64,000 nt of DNA, from contig OZ024742.1 in the NCBI GenBank assembly GCA_964016885.1, forward strand, positions 99,200,001 to 99,264,000, read 5' to 3'. Source of the stretch: Eledone cirrhosa (lineage: Eukaryota). The notes beneath the pieces are model-generated. The model was given only the letters and a program-made list of their open reading frames with translations, did no database searches and was not told the origin of the DNA. Positions 14,320 to 28,319 of this stretch are shown here, in pieces. The stretch's first letter is position 1. Every line of letters begins with the position of its first letter. Made by a program: the position numbers and the translations under genes.

Positions 14320-14545
14320 TACATATATACATACATACATATATACGTAGGTACGTGCAAACATACATACGTAGGTACGTACATACATACATACGTAGGT
14401 ACGTACATATATACATTCATATATACGTAGGTACGTACATACATATATACATACCTATGTACGGACATACATGCATACAGGCATACGTAGGTTCGTTCAT
14501 ATATACATACATATATAAGTACATACGTACATAGATACATACATA
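14320..14545. repeat. Minisatellite built on (CATA)n with tacgtaggtacgta units
   Basis: atacatacgtaggtacgtac repeated about five times with ~24-28 bp spacing. Confidence 0.85.
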
Positions 14546-14797
14546 CATATATAAGTGTGTGTGTATTTTTCTTGTCAATTTTGCTTACAGTCGAAGTGCA
14601 TGGTTATTCATAATACAGCGTTGTTATGTAGGGCAGTGCAGAGCACTGTGTGTGCTTTTTAAAATATGTTTGTATAATATTTGTATATATATATATATAT
14701 ATATATTCACGTCATAAACTTTGTTTGTAAATAACATTATTCTTTCTGCACCTTCTGTTTAACATGTGCGACACCACACTAATACGTTTCCCTATTA

Positions 14798-14836
14798 TCA
14801 TTTGATAATGCATAAAAATGCTGAAACCGGTAATAG
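14798..14836 (+). ncRNA. Minimal hammerhead-like motif, U3-A8 core (second family)
   Basis: cat-TTGATAA-tgcat.aaaa.atgct-GAAA-ccgGTA-atag; stem I is weak; an AT-rich tail with AATAAA follows. Confidence 0.6.
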
Positions 14837-15028
14837 ACAATTATTAAATATATAAATAGATAAATAAATGCCATTGTTAAATAATAAATAAATTAACTAA
14901 TACCGTAACACTTCACACAAAGTAAAACATTTCGTTTTAACCATTTTTTAACCCAGAAAAAAGAGAGACAGAAACAAAAAAGGAAAAAAATAGATTTTTC
15001 TTCCTAATAATCGTCTCTTTCTCCCTGT

Positions 15029-15081
<53 letters not shown>

Positions 15082-15295
15082 CGCATATATATATATATGT
15101 GTGTATGTATGAATATATATAAACATATATATAAATATGCACATTTATATACATACATGTATATATATATATATGTACATATATATATAAATATATATAT
15201 ACATATATACGTAGATTTATACATACCCATATATATATATATATTTATATACATACATATATATATGTTTGTATGTATATATATATATATGTTTG

Positions 15296-15334
<39 letters not shown>

Positions 15335-15354
15335 CTACATATGCTTATATGCGC

Positions 15355-15391
<37 letters not shown>

Positions 15392-15546
15392 GTTGATGAT
15401 TGCGGAGTTTAAATGTAACTGGAAATGACAAGAAGTAATGCGACTGATCCTTATAATTCTAGTTATTGTGTTGGAAGTAGTGAGGAAAATATGGAATTTA
15501 AGGCTTTATTAATAAGAACGTTTAGAATGTAAGCAATGTCGCTGGA

Positions 15547-15592
15547 TCTCTGAAGATGACGAACATGCGTCTGAAAGAATATGCTTTTTAGA
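15547..15592 (+). ncRNA. Decayed hammerhead-like motif
   Basis: CTGAAGA-tgacg.aacatg.cgtct-GAAA-gaatatgctt (one change from palindrome AAGCATATGCTT); stem I is out of register. Confidence 0.45.
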
Positions 15593-16050
15593 CGGAATAT
15601 GTGGTGATGTTAGTATTCGAAAATTCATATTTCAATGAAAATTGCTAAAAGTTTGAGGTGGCATTCAACGGTAGTAGTCACATTATTGCTTTTGATGCTA
15701 TTGTTGCTTTTGTTAACTGATTACTAATCTAAAAAACCATTGATCAAATATTTACCATCCTTTGGTATTATGTGAATCTTATGTGGGTGTTTTTTAGTCA
15801 CAGCGTTGCTATTAAATCATTATACGATATCCATTTCCTGTGTAAAGAATTTAGGGTGAGATTTGAAGGATATATGACTGGTATCTCTAATATTCGAGTG
15901 AATATATATATAAGCCCCCATTGCTAGTTTACGTTAGTGGTGGTCGTAGATTTGTTACATATGTTTGTTGTAATAATATTTGCTTACCTAGACCGAAAGC
16001 CAGCAATTTATGAGGATAGAAAAAACGATTATATCGAACCCAATACATGA

Positions 16051-16240
16051 GGGTTGTGGATTGGCAGTATCGGTAGAGGGTCAGACACCATGCTTTCCAG
16101 CATAGTTACGTCCCTTTACGATCTGAGTTCAAATCCCGCCGAGGTTGGCTTTGCCTTTCATCCTTACGGGGTCGATAAAATAAAGTACCAGTAATGCACT
16201 GGGTAATTGCTGGCCTTGTGCCTAAAGTAGAAACAGTTAT
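16051..16240 (+). mobile_element. Full-length tRNA-derived SINE (~190 bp)
   Basis: A box TGGCAGTATCGG, B box GTTCAAATCC, central gcctttcatccttacggggtcgataaa domain (recalled as MetaSINE-like), ATT-type tail; near-identical to 57684-57873. Confidence 0.92.
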
Positions 16241-16660
16241 TTTATTTTACCGATGCCGAAAGGATGGAAGGCATATTTGACATGTTACTCTTACTTTATT
16301 TTATCGACCACGTAAGGATGAAAGGCAAAGATAACCTTGGCGGGATTTAAATTCAGAACGTAAAGAACCGAAATTATATTTCGCAAAGCATGTTGTTCGA
16401 TGCTCTACCGATACTGTCATTCCCTCGCCCATATATTTTTAGTACTAATGGTTTCTGATTTATGCAAAAGACCAACAATTTGTGGGGAGAGGAAGTCCAT
16501 TAAATCGACCTCCCTGAGTTACTGTTGCTTTATTTTCTTGACCCCGTAAAAATGAAAGACAAATGTAACCTTAGTAGGATTTGAAATCAGAACGCATAGA
16601 GCCGTAACTCTAACACGAAGCATAGCGTACATCTCTCTACCAATACTGCCAATCCACGGC
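16241..16660 (-). mobile_element. Older SINE copies of the same superfamily
   Basis: tttatcgacc..gtaaggatgaaaggcaaag..ggcgggattt..aa.tcag at 16295-16430 and 16500-16660. Confidence 0.75.
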
Positions 16661-17916
16661 TTTTTTATTTGTAGCAATACTGATTGAGGATATTAGCCGA
16701 AATTGAAGAAAAATATTGAGTGTGGTATTAAATTATCCACTAATTTGTGCGTTGTTATTTTTATTAATGTAACTTCTTTCAGAGAATATTACGTAGCAAT
16801 CAGATATTGAACTGAATGTACATAAACCGATGTACATAAATAAGGATTATAAGATCCCAGCACCATCCAACCGGCCACTGTTTCAGGTCATGGAAAAAGG
16901 TTATGTGTGGAATAAATAAATAGATATCTGTCTTGCTTAAAGACTAGTAGCTCTGAATTGCGCTTCAATGTGTCCTCGAGATGGAACAAAAATCAAATTT
17001 TTCTCTGATGCGCAGGTTGAAAGACATTTATATTTTACTGGTAGTTTCCCGAATATTCCATATATTTCCAATTGAAGATTGCATTATGTGTAAATATATT
17101 GTGACAAAATCATGCCTGTGCGTCTTGATCATTTCTGAGTGTAATGTATTTATTGGTTGTGTTGTAGTTTAAAAGAGTTAAACGTTAAACAAGTATCACG
17201 TTTACTCATTGGTGCATTTGCTAGTAATGCAATAAGACGATAGACCATGGAAAATGTTAAGCATCTATTGGCTATGGAAGATGAAACCTGACATATGCAG
17301 TTACATGACGGCATGACAATAACGTTTTCCAACTGACGTTCTACACGAACTCGAGGAAGTTGGAAAGTATAATATTAATGATTTTAATCGTGTTTTGTTG
17401 ACGATTCAGTGCAATTGGGAACTTGTGTGTGTGTTTACAAAGGTTTGGGAATTGTTTGGCAATGCCTATGCTTACTTTTAAATATAGAACAGGATATAAT
17501 GAGGCTCAAGTGCTTCTATGTGGGTAAGAAGTCATGAGGTATTGTGTTTGATCTGATTATCTGGTATCTTGGAATATTTACTTTACCATTTGTCAGACAG
17601 GAATTTTAAGTAAAATATGGAACAAAGGAAATTGTATGAAGTCATTAGAATGTACTATATTTTTACTTCAATCCATCAAGCTTATTATACCATGTCACGC
17701 TGACAATTCTTTGTATAATATTCAGCCATGTACACTATAATTTCTAGTTTTTCGCCAGTTGTTGTTATTGTAGTTGCTTCAAGTATATTATTTATTATAC
17801 TTAAGATTATACTGTGATAAATGTTTATCCAAATATTAAACTGAGTTGTTGTTTCATAATACAAGACGTTTGGTGGGAATGGTCTAATGTTTTGTGATAG
17901 ATTCTTCAATTTGGTA

Positions 17917-17961
<45 letters not shown>

Positions 17962-18287
17962 AAGAGAGAGAGGGGGGGGGGTAGTAGATAGAAAATTGGA
18001 AGAAAGGCAAAAGCGAGAAAGATCAGTTAGCATCTTTAGTTTCGTTAGACATGTTTCATTAAATGTACAGTGGTTTAAATCTTTCCCTTCTATGTAATGC
18101 TTATGCAAATATAGATGACGATACATATTGACTGTTAAAGCCACTGAAACAGCTGATATATGTATAGTCGAATCCAATCGTTTCCGAATCGTCATGCAAT
18201 TGGGTGTAGTTTGAACAGGAATACTATTAAATCACATTTATTGAAAATAGACATATTATACTGAAGTATATCTCATAAATGTATATA

Positions 18288-18368
<81 letters not shown>

Positions 18369-18445
18369 TAAATATGTATATATGTATATATATATGTGTA
18401 TGTGTGTGTGTATATATCTATATATATACATATATATACACACAT

Positions 18446-18476
<31 letters not shown>

Positions 18477-18789
18477 CATACATACAAACATATACATAGA
18501 TAATAGGCATATATCTGTCAAGAGCAATAGAGTGAAAGATAGAGAGAACAAATTTGGCCGATTTGTCCTTCATTCAGTAACAGTTTAGAATAAGCTTTTC
18601 CTGAATAAATAGAAGTATAATACTTTTCACTTCCACTTAATATCAAATGAAACGTTCTACTTGAAATACTACTATTTACTGACTGAAAAGCTGCGCATAT
18701 ACCTACATACCATAAACATAGGCCCATGCATATATCATACACATCCACACACACACGCATATATATATATATACAATATGTATGCCTAC

Positions 18790-18824
<35 letters not shown>

Positions 18825-18918
18825 TGTGTGGGTGTGTGTATATATATATATATATGTGTGTGTATGTATATATATGTATGCGTGGTTGCGTCTGGGTACG
18901 TTTTGTGAAAGATACATA

Positions 18919-18973
<55 letters not shown>

Positions 18974-19224
18974 GGCGAAATGAATATGCGTACGTGTGAA
19001 TGTGTGTAAATAATTCGTTCATTATACTCATCTATAAAATATTGTCTATACAGCCTAAAGCAAGGTTCTTTCTTTTCACTTTTATTACTTAATGGCTTGC
19101 TTTATGGAAGTCGTTAACTATATACAGCACGTGATTGTATAACTTATTACATAGTATCTAATCTATAGAAGACTAACTCTGATTGTATATATATATATAT
19201 ATATACATGTATACATATATATAT

Positions 19225-19369
<145 letters not shown>

Positions 19370-19447
19370 GTTTAATAAATGAAACAAACAAATCACAGGA
19401 GGCAAGTTTACACAGTTCATATATATATATATATATGTGTGTGTGTG

Positions 19448-19495
<48 letters not shown>

Positions 19496-20321
19496 TGCAT
19501 ATATGTAAGTATATAGGAAACTATCTATGTAGATACTTTCCCACACAAATATATACACATATATGTATGTATTTTACATATATTAAATATCAATTTGTAA
19601 TCGTAACTCACACGGATATGTATAATATAGCTATCACTCTTCCTGATTCTACTAAACATCTCTGTCCCTCATTCTAGCTCTACGTCTCTCACTATCGCTC
19701 TCTCTCTCTCTATATATATATATGCGTGTGGGGGGGGGGTATGTGTTTGTGTGTGTGTGTGTTTCATATTCCCGATGACCCTGTGATAAGCAGGCAATTC
19801 TGCAGAGTAGCAACAAGACTTAATTTTTAGCCTTTAGTATAAATAGATATTAACATTCTACTCCTTTATTGAGTACTCCTTTCTCTTAACTGTCAACCAC
19901 AAGCACACACATATATATATATATACTAATTTAAAGTATCATAATATATACAATATGTATGATGAGTATGTTTCTCAGTGCAAAGCTCAATGGTCGTTTG
20001 ACAGATTATCAATCTACGGTTCTTATATATCTGATATATATTTATCCTTATCGAGCCCTCTTTGGATTTTAGTCTTCATATGTATTATTATTATTATTAT
20101 TGAATGCTATGGTTGACGGAGGCTCGGCTCTGTAAGGTATTGTAAATTTTGAACACTATAACAATTGTAAATTGTTTAAAACTTTAACGAACTTGTAGTC
20201 AAAAACACCCTCCTCCTCGTGAGAGGGGTCTTTCTGCCCGTTATTTGGCCCTTCGGGGTTAAATAACTGCTTATTGGGGTTTTGTACCCAATATTTATTT
20301 TAAACAAAAAAAAAAAACAAC

Positions 20322-22430
20322 ATGGCTACGAAAAAGAAATTTCATAGGTCACTCCCACTCATTCCGTCTTCTTCTTCCTCAATCATCACTACAGCAGAGA
20401 GAAGATTGTCTCTCTCCCTCTCTTCTCTAAATGTGTCTCTCTCCCTCCCTTCTCTTTCGCAAGCGACGAAAGAAAAGAAAAGTCTCGTGCAAAGGTGCAA
20501 GGTTTCTCCACGACGACGACGAAGGCGACGAAACAGGTGTGCGGGAAATACGAAAACCCAGTTCATTCGTCTGACGTCAGGAACAATAGCAGTAGCAGCC
20601 GTAATAACAACAGCAACAGTGACAATGAAAACAACAGTAGCAGCCGCAACAGCATCACCAGCAGCACAAACAACAACAGCATTAGCAACAGCAACACCAA
20701 CAACAACCACAGCAACAGCGGCGGAGGCAGTAGTCGTAGTACCTGCAGCAACAACAAAAGTAACAGCAGCTCTGACGACAACAACAACAACAGCAGCAAA
20801 GAAAAACCAATCTCATTTGCAGGTATTGCGAAAAACTTCGAAACAATCCTCATAACAAATGAGGAATTAGAGGAAGCGAAGAAGATGGTGACAAAGAGAG
20901 GACACCGAGCAATCTGCAAGGCAGCGGAAAAATTTTTCGAAACCCCACAGCACTGTACGGTCACGTACCGTACAGTAAGTACAAAATCCCGTAGGGTGGA
21001 AAGAGCCACAGAGGCTCAAATACAAAAAGCTTTGGGGTCTGTGTGGCAGCGGAAAACGCACATCACCCGAGGCAAAAAATATGCCACCGTAGACGTACTT
21101 TTTGCCACACCCCAGGAGGCAAAGGCCCAATCCGTAGTGACCCTAAGGAGCGAGGAAATGGTGTTGGTGCCCTCCTACTGCGGGCAAAAAATTGTGAGGG
21201 TCAAACTGACCCACGTCCCCCCCCCCCCAGTATGGCCTCTTCTTGGCTGGCCGCGTCTGTCCTCGTCGGAATCGAGGACAAAACAACTGTACTCCAAGTA
21301 CAAGTACAGAAAAAAGTAAGAGAAGATTGGGTCGGCACCTCCATTGAGATGCTAATCCAAACCAACCAGGAGTGCATCGAAGCTATCCCGGATGTGATAG
21401 ACTTCGATAACGGCACTCAACTGCCCATAAGTGTTGAGGGAAAACGCCCGAAATGCTTTCGCTGTGGATCGAAGACTCACCTCAGGGCCTTCTGCAACGA
21501 GAAGACCCTGAGAAAGGAGAAAACCCCCCCTCCTCCCGATACCGGCTCCACAGCTACCAGCAACAGGACAAGCGGCAACCAGGAACGATAGGTCCGTGGC
21601 ACCCATACCCACGCCATGGAAATCAAAAACAGCAGCAGCAGTGGAAGTATTAACAACAACAACAGCAATACCAAATGCAGCTGCAACAGAGACTCCAGTG
21701 CAAACATCACCAACAACAACAAGTGAAAGAGTGGAGATCGTACCCCTCCCCGACCTCACAGAATCAGACATGGAGTGTGAGGTGGGAGAGGGATGGCAAA
21801 AGGTCGTAAGAAGGCACAAACGCAGAAGCAGCGCATCGTCGCCTTTGAAAAGGGAGGAAAGAAATGAGAAAAGCGTAAAGTCTACTGCAAAGAGACCCAC
21901 AGCAGCAACACCACCAACACCATCACCACCCACACTAGCACCACCATCACCACCGGCGACAACCCCACCGTCAACAACACCTTCAACACCACCACCACAA
22001 GCACCAACATCGCAAACACAACAACAAAACACACACACCCAGCAACAACGACAAGAAAATTGCAGAACCACACCCCACCCTCAGAAAAACAAATGCACGG
22101 CAATAAATACACACAAGAAACTAATGACTTACATAATTGAACACAGACATTTCACAACACGACTACATAATACCAGCACCAATCAAAACGCCAACTAACA
22201 TAAGACTGCTAAAAATAGCACAGAAACAATACACAAACACTAAAACGAAATTCCCCAACGCAGTTGGTGATTTCAGGGACCTAGGAGGAACTATCAATCG
22301 AAGAGTATATTCAGACATTCTCTTAGAAGAGCCGAAGACCAGCCGAAGGGACGATTCAACGGTCCCTTCACCAGACGATCAACTGAAAAGGGATGTAAAA
22401 ACCATCCCTCCTCTACGAAAAGTACGGTAA
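20322..22430 (+). pseudogene. Tx1-like ORF1 (gag-like), frameshifted
   Basis: KCFRCGSKTHLRAFC zinc knuckle (CX2CX4HX4C), ISFAGIAK and EGWQKVVRR motifs, and Asn/Ser and Pro/Thr low-complexity tracts; split over several frames. Confidence 0.8.
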
Positions 22431-22465
22431 GTGGTCTTTCCCATCTTTTCCACTCTATTTTAAAC

Positions 22466-25400
22466 ATGACCTCACTCAGAATAGGCAGCATAAATGCGCG
22501 TGGCTTGGGGTCGTCATGGAAGCAGGGTCACCTGCTCAACGACCTCAGGTCACTAAACATAGATGTAGTGGCCATCAGCGAGACCAGAATCTCTGAAGCA
22601 CGGGCCTTCTCACCGATCTTTGGCGGCTACGATGTGTACGCATCTCCCAGCCGTCCTGGATCGGGGGGAGCAGTTGCTGTGCCCTTTTCGGAGAGGTTTG
22701 ACACTCGCCATACGGGCCATCTTCCTGGACCCAGAGGGTAAATTGGTGGTACTGGACGTGACCAGCGGAGACGGGCAAACTTTTAGGCTAGTGGCCGTCT
22801 ATGCCCCGACAGGAGCAGGGCGGCCTGATTTCTTCCGGCGTCTGGAGACCTTTCTTGGAACGTCCCGCTCTTTAGTGTTAGTCGGCGACTGGAACGGGAT
22901 CTTAGATGCAAGCTGGGACTGTGTGGGATTAGCGGATAGGGGCGGAGGGTGCAAGAGCCACACCAACCTGCTCAGGCGTTTTGAACTGTCTGACAGGTAC
23001 CGATTGGATTTCCCGTATGTGCCAATGTGGACTTGGACAAATCGCATAGGGTCATCCAGATCATATCTAGATAGAGTATTTTGTAGGGAAATAGATAGGT
23101 CTAGCATAGGCTGTCCACAATTCAAGATAGTCAGCTACACGGACCACAAATTCGTGATCTGTGTGCTTGACTTAGATAGGCTTCATAGACGAGGACCAGG
23201 CTACTGGAAGCTAAACGCGTCCTTACCAGCGCGCAAGGCCTACTGAGACCGGATTAGCGAACTAGTTAAGCGGGCGTTGACGAGGGCCATCGTCAACAAC
23301 AAGTGGTGGTTTGCTCTGAAAAGAGCGATTAGAATAGAATCCATTAGGTTTAGTAAGGCTTTAGCAATAGAGAAAAATAGAGCAGAGGGAGAACTAGTTA
23401 GAAAATTTGACGAGGCGCTTAGCAAAGGCATTGCGACCGACGTGCTTGCGGCGAAATTGGCCCTTGACCAATTCTTCAATGCAAAGCACGAAGGCTGCGT
23501 TGTCAGAGCAAGGGTGCGTGCTCTCAGACACGAGGGGACGAAAGCGGTTCAATGGGCCCGAGTGGCGGAGGCGCGTCGTGGCAACAAAGCCACGATCCGG
23601 TCTTTGGTGTACCACGACGGCGCATGCTACTCGATCCCGGGCAAATGTGTGAAGCTTTTCAGCGACACTTCGCTCAGCTGTTCGGGGGCAGCGGTGGGCC
23701 GGGTCGAGGGATGGACTTTAGTGTCTACCTCGACGGACTGCCGCGGCACTCGGCCACTGAGGCGAAGTGTTGCGAAAAGCCGATAACAGCCGCTGAAGTA
23801 CGGGAGGCAATGACTGGCTGCACAAGGGGTAAATCGCCTGGTTTGGATGGTCTGCCCTATGAACTTTACGTACAGATGCCAGACTTGTTCGGAGGCCTCT
23901 TAGCGGACGTCTACTGCAACTGGCAACAGAACGGGAGAATTCCCAGTTCTGTGAGCCGAGGAGCTGTGGCGCTGCTGAGAAAGGATCCGAACAAGGGGGA
24001 TAACATAGATAATTTCCGGCCATAACTCTGCTAAACAGAGTTCAAGATTTTGGCCAAGGTGCTAGCAAAGAGGTTGGCGCTTGTCGTTGGTGGTCTGGTG
24101 GGAGAGGCGCAGACATGCGCCATTCCCGACAGATCCATCCAGGACAACCTCCACCTCATGCGATACATCGTAGAGAGGGTTGCTGGGGAACCTGGCACGG
24201 GTGGGTCCTTGATCAATTTAGATCAGTCGAAAGCTTTCGATAGGGTCGACTATCGTTACCTAGCGGCAGTCCTGGGGGCGGCTGGCTTTGGGCCCGTCTT
24301 CAGAGGCTGGATCGCTGCCATGCACAGCGACATCTGCTCTGTGGTGAGAGTGAACGGTCACCTTTCGGAACCGTTCAACATCATGCGCTCGGTCCGCGAA
24401 GGATGTCCCCTCTCGTCCCTCTTGTACGTATTGACTCTTGAGCCATTACTGCACAAACTGGAGACATTGAGGGGCGTCCCACGCGAACTAGGATGCGGAA
24501 GATCCGTGTCAGCATATGCGGACGATGTCACCGTAGTGGTGTCGAACGCCAAACACATCGAGGCGATCGGCACTACACTAAGAGAATACGAAGCGGTGAC
24601 AGGAGCAATGATCAACCAGGAAAAGTCAGTGGGCCTGCAGCTCGGCACCTGGAGAGGCAGGTCCATGCCGTCCAACAGCGTCGTCGGACGCTGGACGGAC
24701 GGACCGGTTAAATTGCTAGGGGTCTGGTTCGGTCCGGACCTCCAGACGGACAAAAACTGGGACGAGGTGACGAGCAGGGTGGCTTCTCTCACCCAGAAAT
24801 GGGCCGAGAGGAAGCTATCCCTGAAAGGTCGAGCGGAGGTGGCTAACGCGTACATCGCGTCCGTCATCTGCTACCGCCTGACCGTCGTACCTTGTCCTAA
24901 GCCTCGCCTGACTGCGCTGGAGCGTTTGCTCTTTCGCTTTTTGTGGAAGGGACGCGCTCCGATGGTCAGGCGGTCCATCTGTTGTCAACACCCGCTACGT
25001 GGAGGGCTGGGTATGCCGTGGCTGATGATGCGCAGGCACGCGCTCAGGCTACGACATCTCCACCTCTTCCTTGACGGTGATCAGGTGTGGTCGCCGTTTG
25101 CTAGAAACGTATTTCCCCAGCTCGTTTCCTTGACGGAGGTGCAGTCCTGGGTCAAGCGAAGACCGAGAGGGAGCGCCTGGAGACTAGAATGTCTTCAGGC
25201 GCTCACAGCCCTCAACCAATCGGGCAATGTGATCGGTGGAAACGCCACCTCGGCGTTCTATACCAGCCTTTGGTTAAGTTTTTTTTTTCCATCTGTATAC
25301 AGTCCTCTATGCTGATAAAACCTCTTCCACCTTCAGATCTTCTTAAGTAGAATCTATCGACATCACTCCTCTTGTGGAACATATTGTAGATAGTCAATAG

Positions 25401-27572
25401 CTTCCTAGTCTTCCTATCCATTTCTTTTTGTTCAGCAACATTCCATCTCAGAATTCCCGCACTGTACCTAATAATAGACACAGCTCGGGAATTTACTGCA
25501 CTTATGGCATTCCTACTGTTCAGATGTGACTTTAATACGCTCCTTACTCTCCGAAGGTATTCAGTTCTTATCAATTCCTTCATGTTTTTGTTCTTGGTGT
25601 CATCAGCCTCCAGAACGCCCAAATACTTGTATCCTTCCTCAGAGTCAATTTCCTTTATCATCTCACCTGTTGGTATCTGGATTCCGTTACTTCTGCTCAA
25701 CTTACCCCTCCTCATCACAATGACTCCACACTTACTAATACCAAATTGCATACATATATCACTGCTGAAAATACGGACAGTGTCAACAAGCACATCCAAC
25801 TCCTTCTCACTCTTCCCGAAGAGCTTAAGATCGTCCATGAAGAGGAGGTGATTGATGGTAAGCCCTCCCTTTCCCAAGCTGTATCCTGCTCTCACTTTTC
25901 GCAGTACACTGGTCAGAGGCATCAGGGCAAGGACAAACAACAGAGGAGACAGACTATCTCCCTAGAAGAGACCTCTCTTGAACTTCACGCCTCCCAAGGA
26001 TTCTCCAGTTGATGTTAACTCTGTTTCCCAGGACTTCATACTTTTGCCCAACAACTGTCTGATGTTATCCGCCACCTTGAAGATCTCCAGGCTTTTGGTG
26101 ATCCAAGAATGAGGCACCATGTCAAATGCTTTTTTGTAGTCTATCCATCCCATGGCAAGACCAGTGTGTCTCCTCTTGCAATTCCTCATTACCATCTTAT
26201 CAATAAGTAACTGGTCCTTTGTACCACGTGACTTCTTTCGGCATCCTTCCTGTTCGTCCGGTAACAAGCTGTTTGTGTAGAGGTGATGGTAGATTTCCTC
26301 CGACATAATGCTTGTCAACAGTTTCCACATTACGGACAGACATGTGATATGTCTATAGTTGGTAACATCATTACCCTTGATTCGGTCTTTCATTATCAGA
26401 ACTGTGGTACCTTTTGTCAACCACTCTGGTACCTCACCTGACATCAAGCAGTCATTGAACATGGTTGTCAGTTTCGGGTGGAGGGATGTTATGTTTTTAA
26501 TCCAATACCCATGCACACCATCTGGGCCAGGTGATTTTCAGTTGGTTAGTTTTTTGGCCTGCCTCTTAAGAGTTTCAACTGTGATACTCAAATCAGTTTG
26601 TTGGTGTGCCTGTTCACTGATCTCCTTCTGTACTGTCTCAATCCACACTGCCTGGTCATTATGTTTAACATCCTGCTCCCATATTCCTCTCCAGAATGTT
26701 TTAGTTTGTTCCGCCTCAGGGATCAAGTCGTTGCCTCTTTCTTTCCCTTCAAGCTGTCCAAACAGCATCTTCTGGTTGTTGTCGAACATGCGGTTCTGTC
26801 TATACTGGCTGACTCTGTTCTCGTATCGCCTGATTTTTGCACTCTTTGCTACAATGCGTTGCTTCAGTTTGAGACTGGAATGTCTTCAGGCGCTCACAGC
26901 CCTCGACCAATCGGGCAATGTGATCGGTGGAAACTCCACCTCGGCGTTCTATAGAGGATTAGTGGAGGGGAAGAGCGACGACGTACTTGGGGAAACTCTA
27001 GGCGTCGACGAAAATCAACTAGCCAATCTCTTCGGAAGAACTTTCGGGCCGGGGCCTATGGACAACTTCCAGAAATCTCTGGCCTGGCAGTGCTACCGAG
27101 GAGCCTTGCCAGTTCGGGATAAACTCTACAGGCATGGAGGTGCCGTCAGCCGGGCATGTCGAGATGCGCACAGGGCGACGAAACCGTCCTGCACGCACTC
27201 GCCCAGTGTCCGAAAATTGCTGACTTGTGGGTTTATGTCGAACACCTGCTGTCGCGTTTAGGACGGATCCGGCTATCATCTGAGTCCATCGTGAGGATTG
27301 CCCCGCCCTCCTCCTTTAGCCGGGAAGGGCAGGCAGTTTTTATCTGTCTGGTGGCCATGGCGAAAGAGATAGTATGGTGGACACGTTTGAAAGGGCTGAA
27401 GACGAGCACTTACCTCTTCGGTGATGCTCTGATTGACTTTTTCAAATTTCATTTGAAAAGGAAAATCAGAGTAGAGAGGGAAGTGCTCTCTTCCCAGCAT
27501 TTTGTTGAAAGATGGGTGAGAGAAGCAAGAATGGCCCGAGTGAATGGGCCTACTCAGAGTATATATCTGTAA
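22466..27572 (+). pseudogene. Tx1-like ORF2 (APE endonuclease + RT), frameshifted and interrupted
   Basis: GSINARGL, ISETR, VYAP, GDWN, YLDR, TDH, GYWKLN, KSPGLDG, DQSKAFDRV, SVREGCPLS, YADD, GGLG, CxRC..ETVLHALxxC. Confidence 0.93.
25263..26870 (-). mobile_element. Internal RT fragment of an R4/Dong-like (RLE-class) LINE inside Tx1 ORF2
   Basis: Minus ORFs contain KSPGPDG, GWIDYKKAFDMVPHSW, GDSLSPLLF, HLLFMDDLKL, YKYLGV and GGRG. Both ends are truncated. Flanked by an 83-bp direct repeat (25180-25262 / 26871-26953). Confidence 0.9.
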
Positions 27573-27824
27573 ATTAAAGGTGGAAAACTGGGAGAGGGCA
27601 CTTGCCTTGGTGGTCAGGGTCATTGTGGCTTTTTACTGGGCTTTCTCCACAAATGTCCCTCCGAAGTCTCGCCCCTATTGGGGAATTTTTCATTGTTATT
27701 TTTTGTTACACCCACTGTTTTTTTTGTTTTTTTACACGCAGAAATGCCCATTTGTACCGTCCTGTATTATCCTGCACTGTCCTTAATGTCTACTTTATGT
27801 AAACCCTTGTGGTTAATAAAGAAA

Positions 27825-27826
<2 letters not shown>

Positions 27827-27876
<50 letters not shown>

Positions 27877-28174
27877 AGTTGCATTTATCTTGCTTTATGT
27901 TCATACGAGTTATCACCAAGTCACAACCAGTGACCTCAAGAGACAACAAGGTCCGCCATGTTCAAGAAAGAACATACATACTCACACATGCATCTTTAAT
28001 GTTTAGACTTGTGATGTACTTATATTGACAGAATCTTCCTTAGTATATGGGCAGTTCCCATTAGTACTATCTTTTGTATTTCTCCCATACGCGGGTTTCC
28101 TGGGATTTGTAATCATTAGACCCCTTAGGTATCATTCCCAGAGCGCCTACAACCACTGGTATTGTTTTAGTTTC
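27827..28174 (-). mobile_element. 3' end of an R4/Dong-like LINE with (TAA)n tail
   Basis: Minus strand reads ETKTIPVVVGALGMIPKG...EIQKIVLMGTAHILRKIL*, then ~150-nt UTR and (AAT)16. Confidence 0.82.
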
Positions 28175-28182
28175 ATTATTAT

Positions 28183-28272
28183 TAACTTTGCCTTTCATCC
28201 TTATGGGGTCGATAAAATAAAGTACCAGTAATACACTGGGTAATTGCTGGCCTTGTGCCAAAAGTAGAAACA

Positions 28273-28315
<43 letters not shown>
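28183..28315 (+). mobile_element. 5'-truncated SINE with (ATT)n tail
   Basis: Matches the 3' half of 16051-16240. Confidence 0.9.

Positions 28316-28319
<4 letters not shown>

Larger units (their letters stand above)
20102..27826 (+). mobile_element. Near full-length Tx1/L1-clade non-LTR retrotransposon (disabled)
   Basis: Has ORF1 with a CCHC knuckle, ORF2 APE-RT-Cys domain, T-rich 3' UTR and AATAAA at 27815; flanked by (ATT)6 and (ATT)16. Confidence 0.93.

Noticed and set aside
14320-14545. CRISPR-like array
   Set aside because: The intervening sequence is simple (CATA)n rather than unique spacers, the context is eukaryotic and there are no cas genes.
16051-16140. tRNA genes at A/B-box sites
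   Set aside because: No cloverleaf can be formed, and all are heads of dispersed SINEs.
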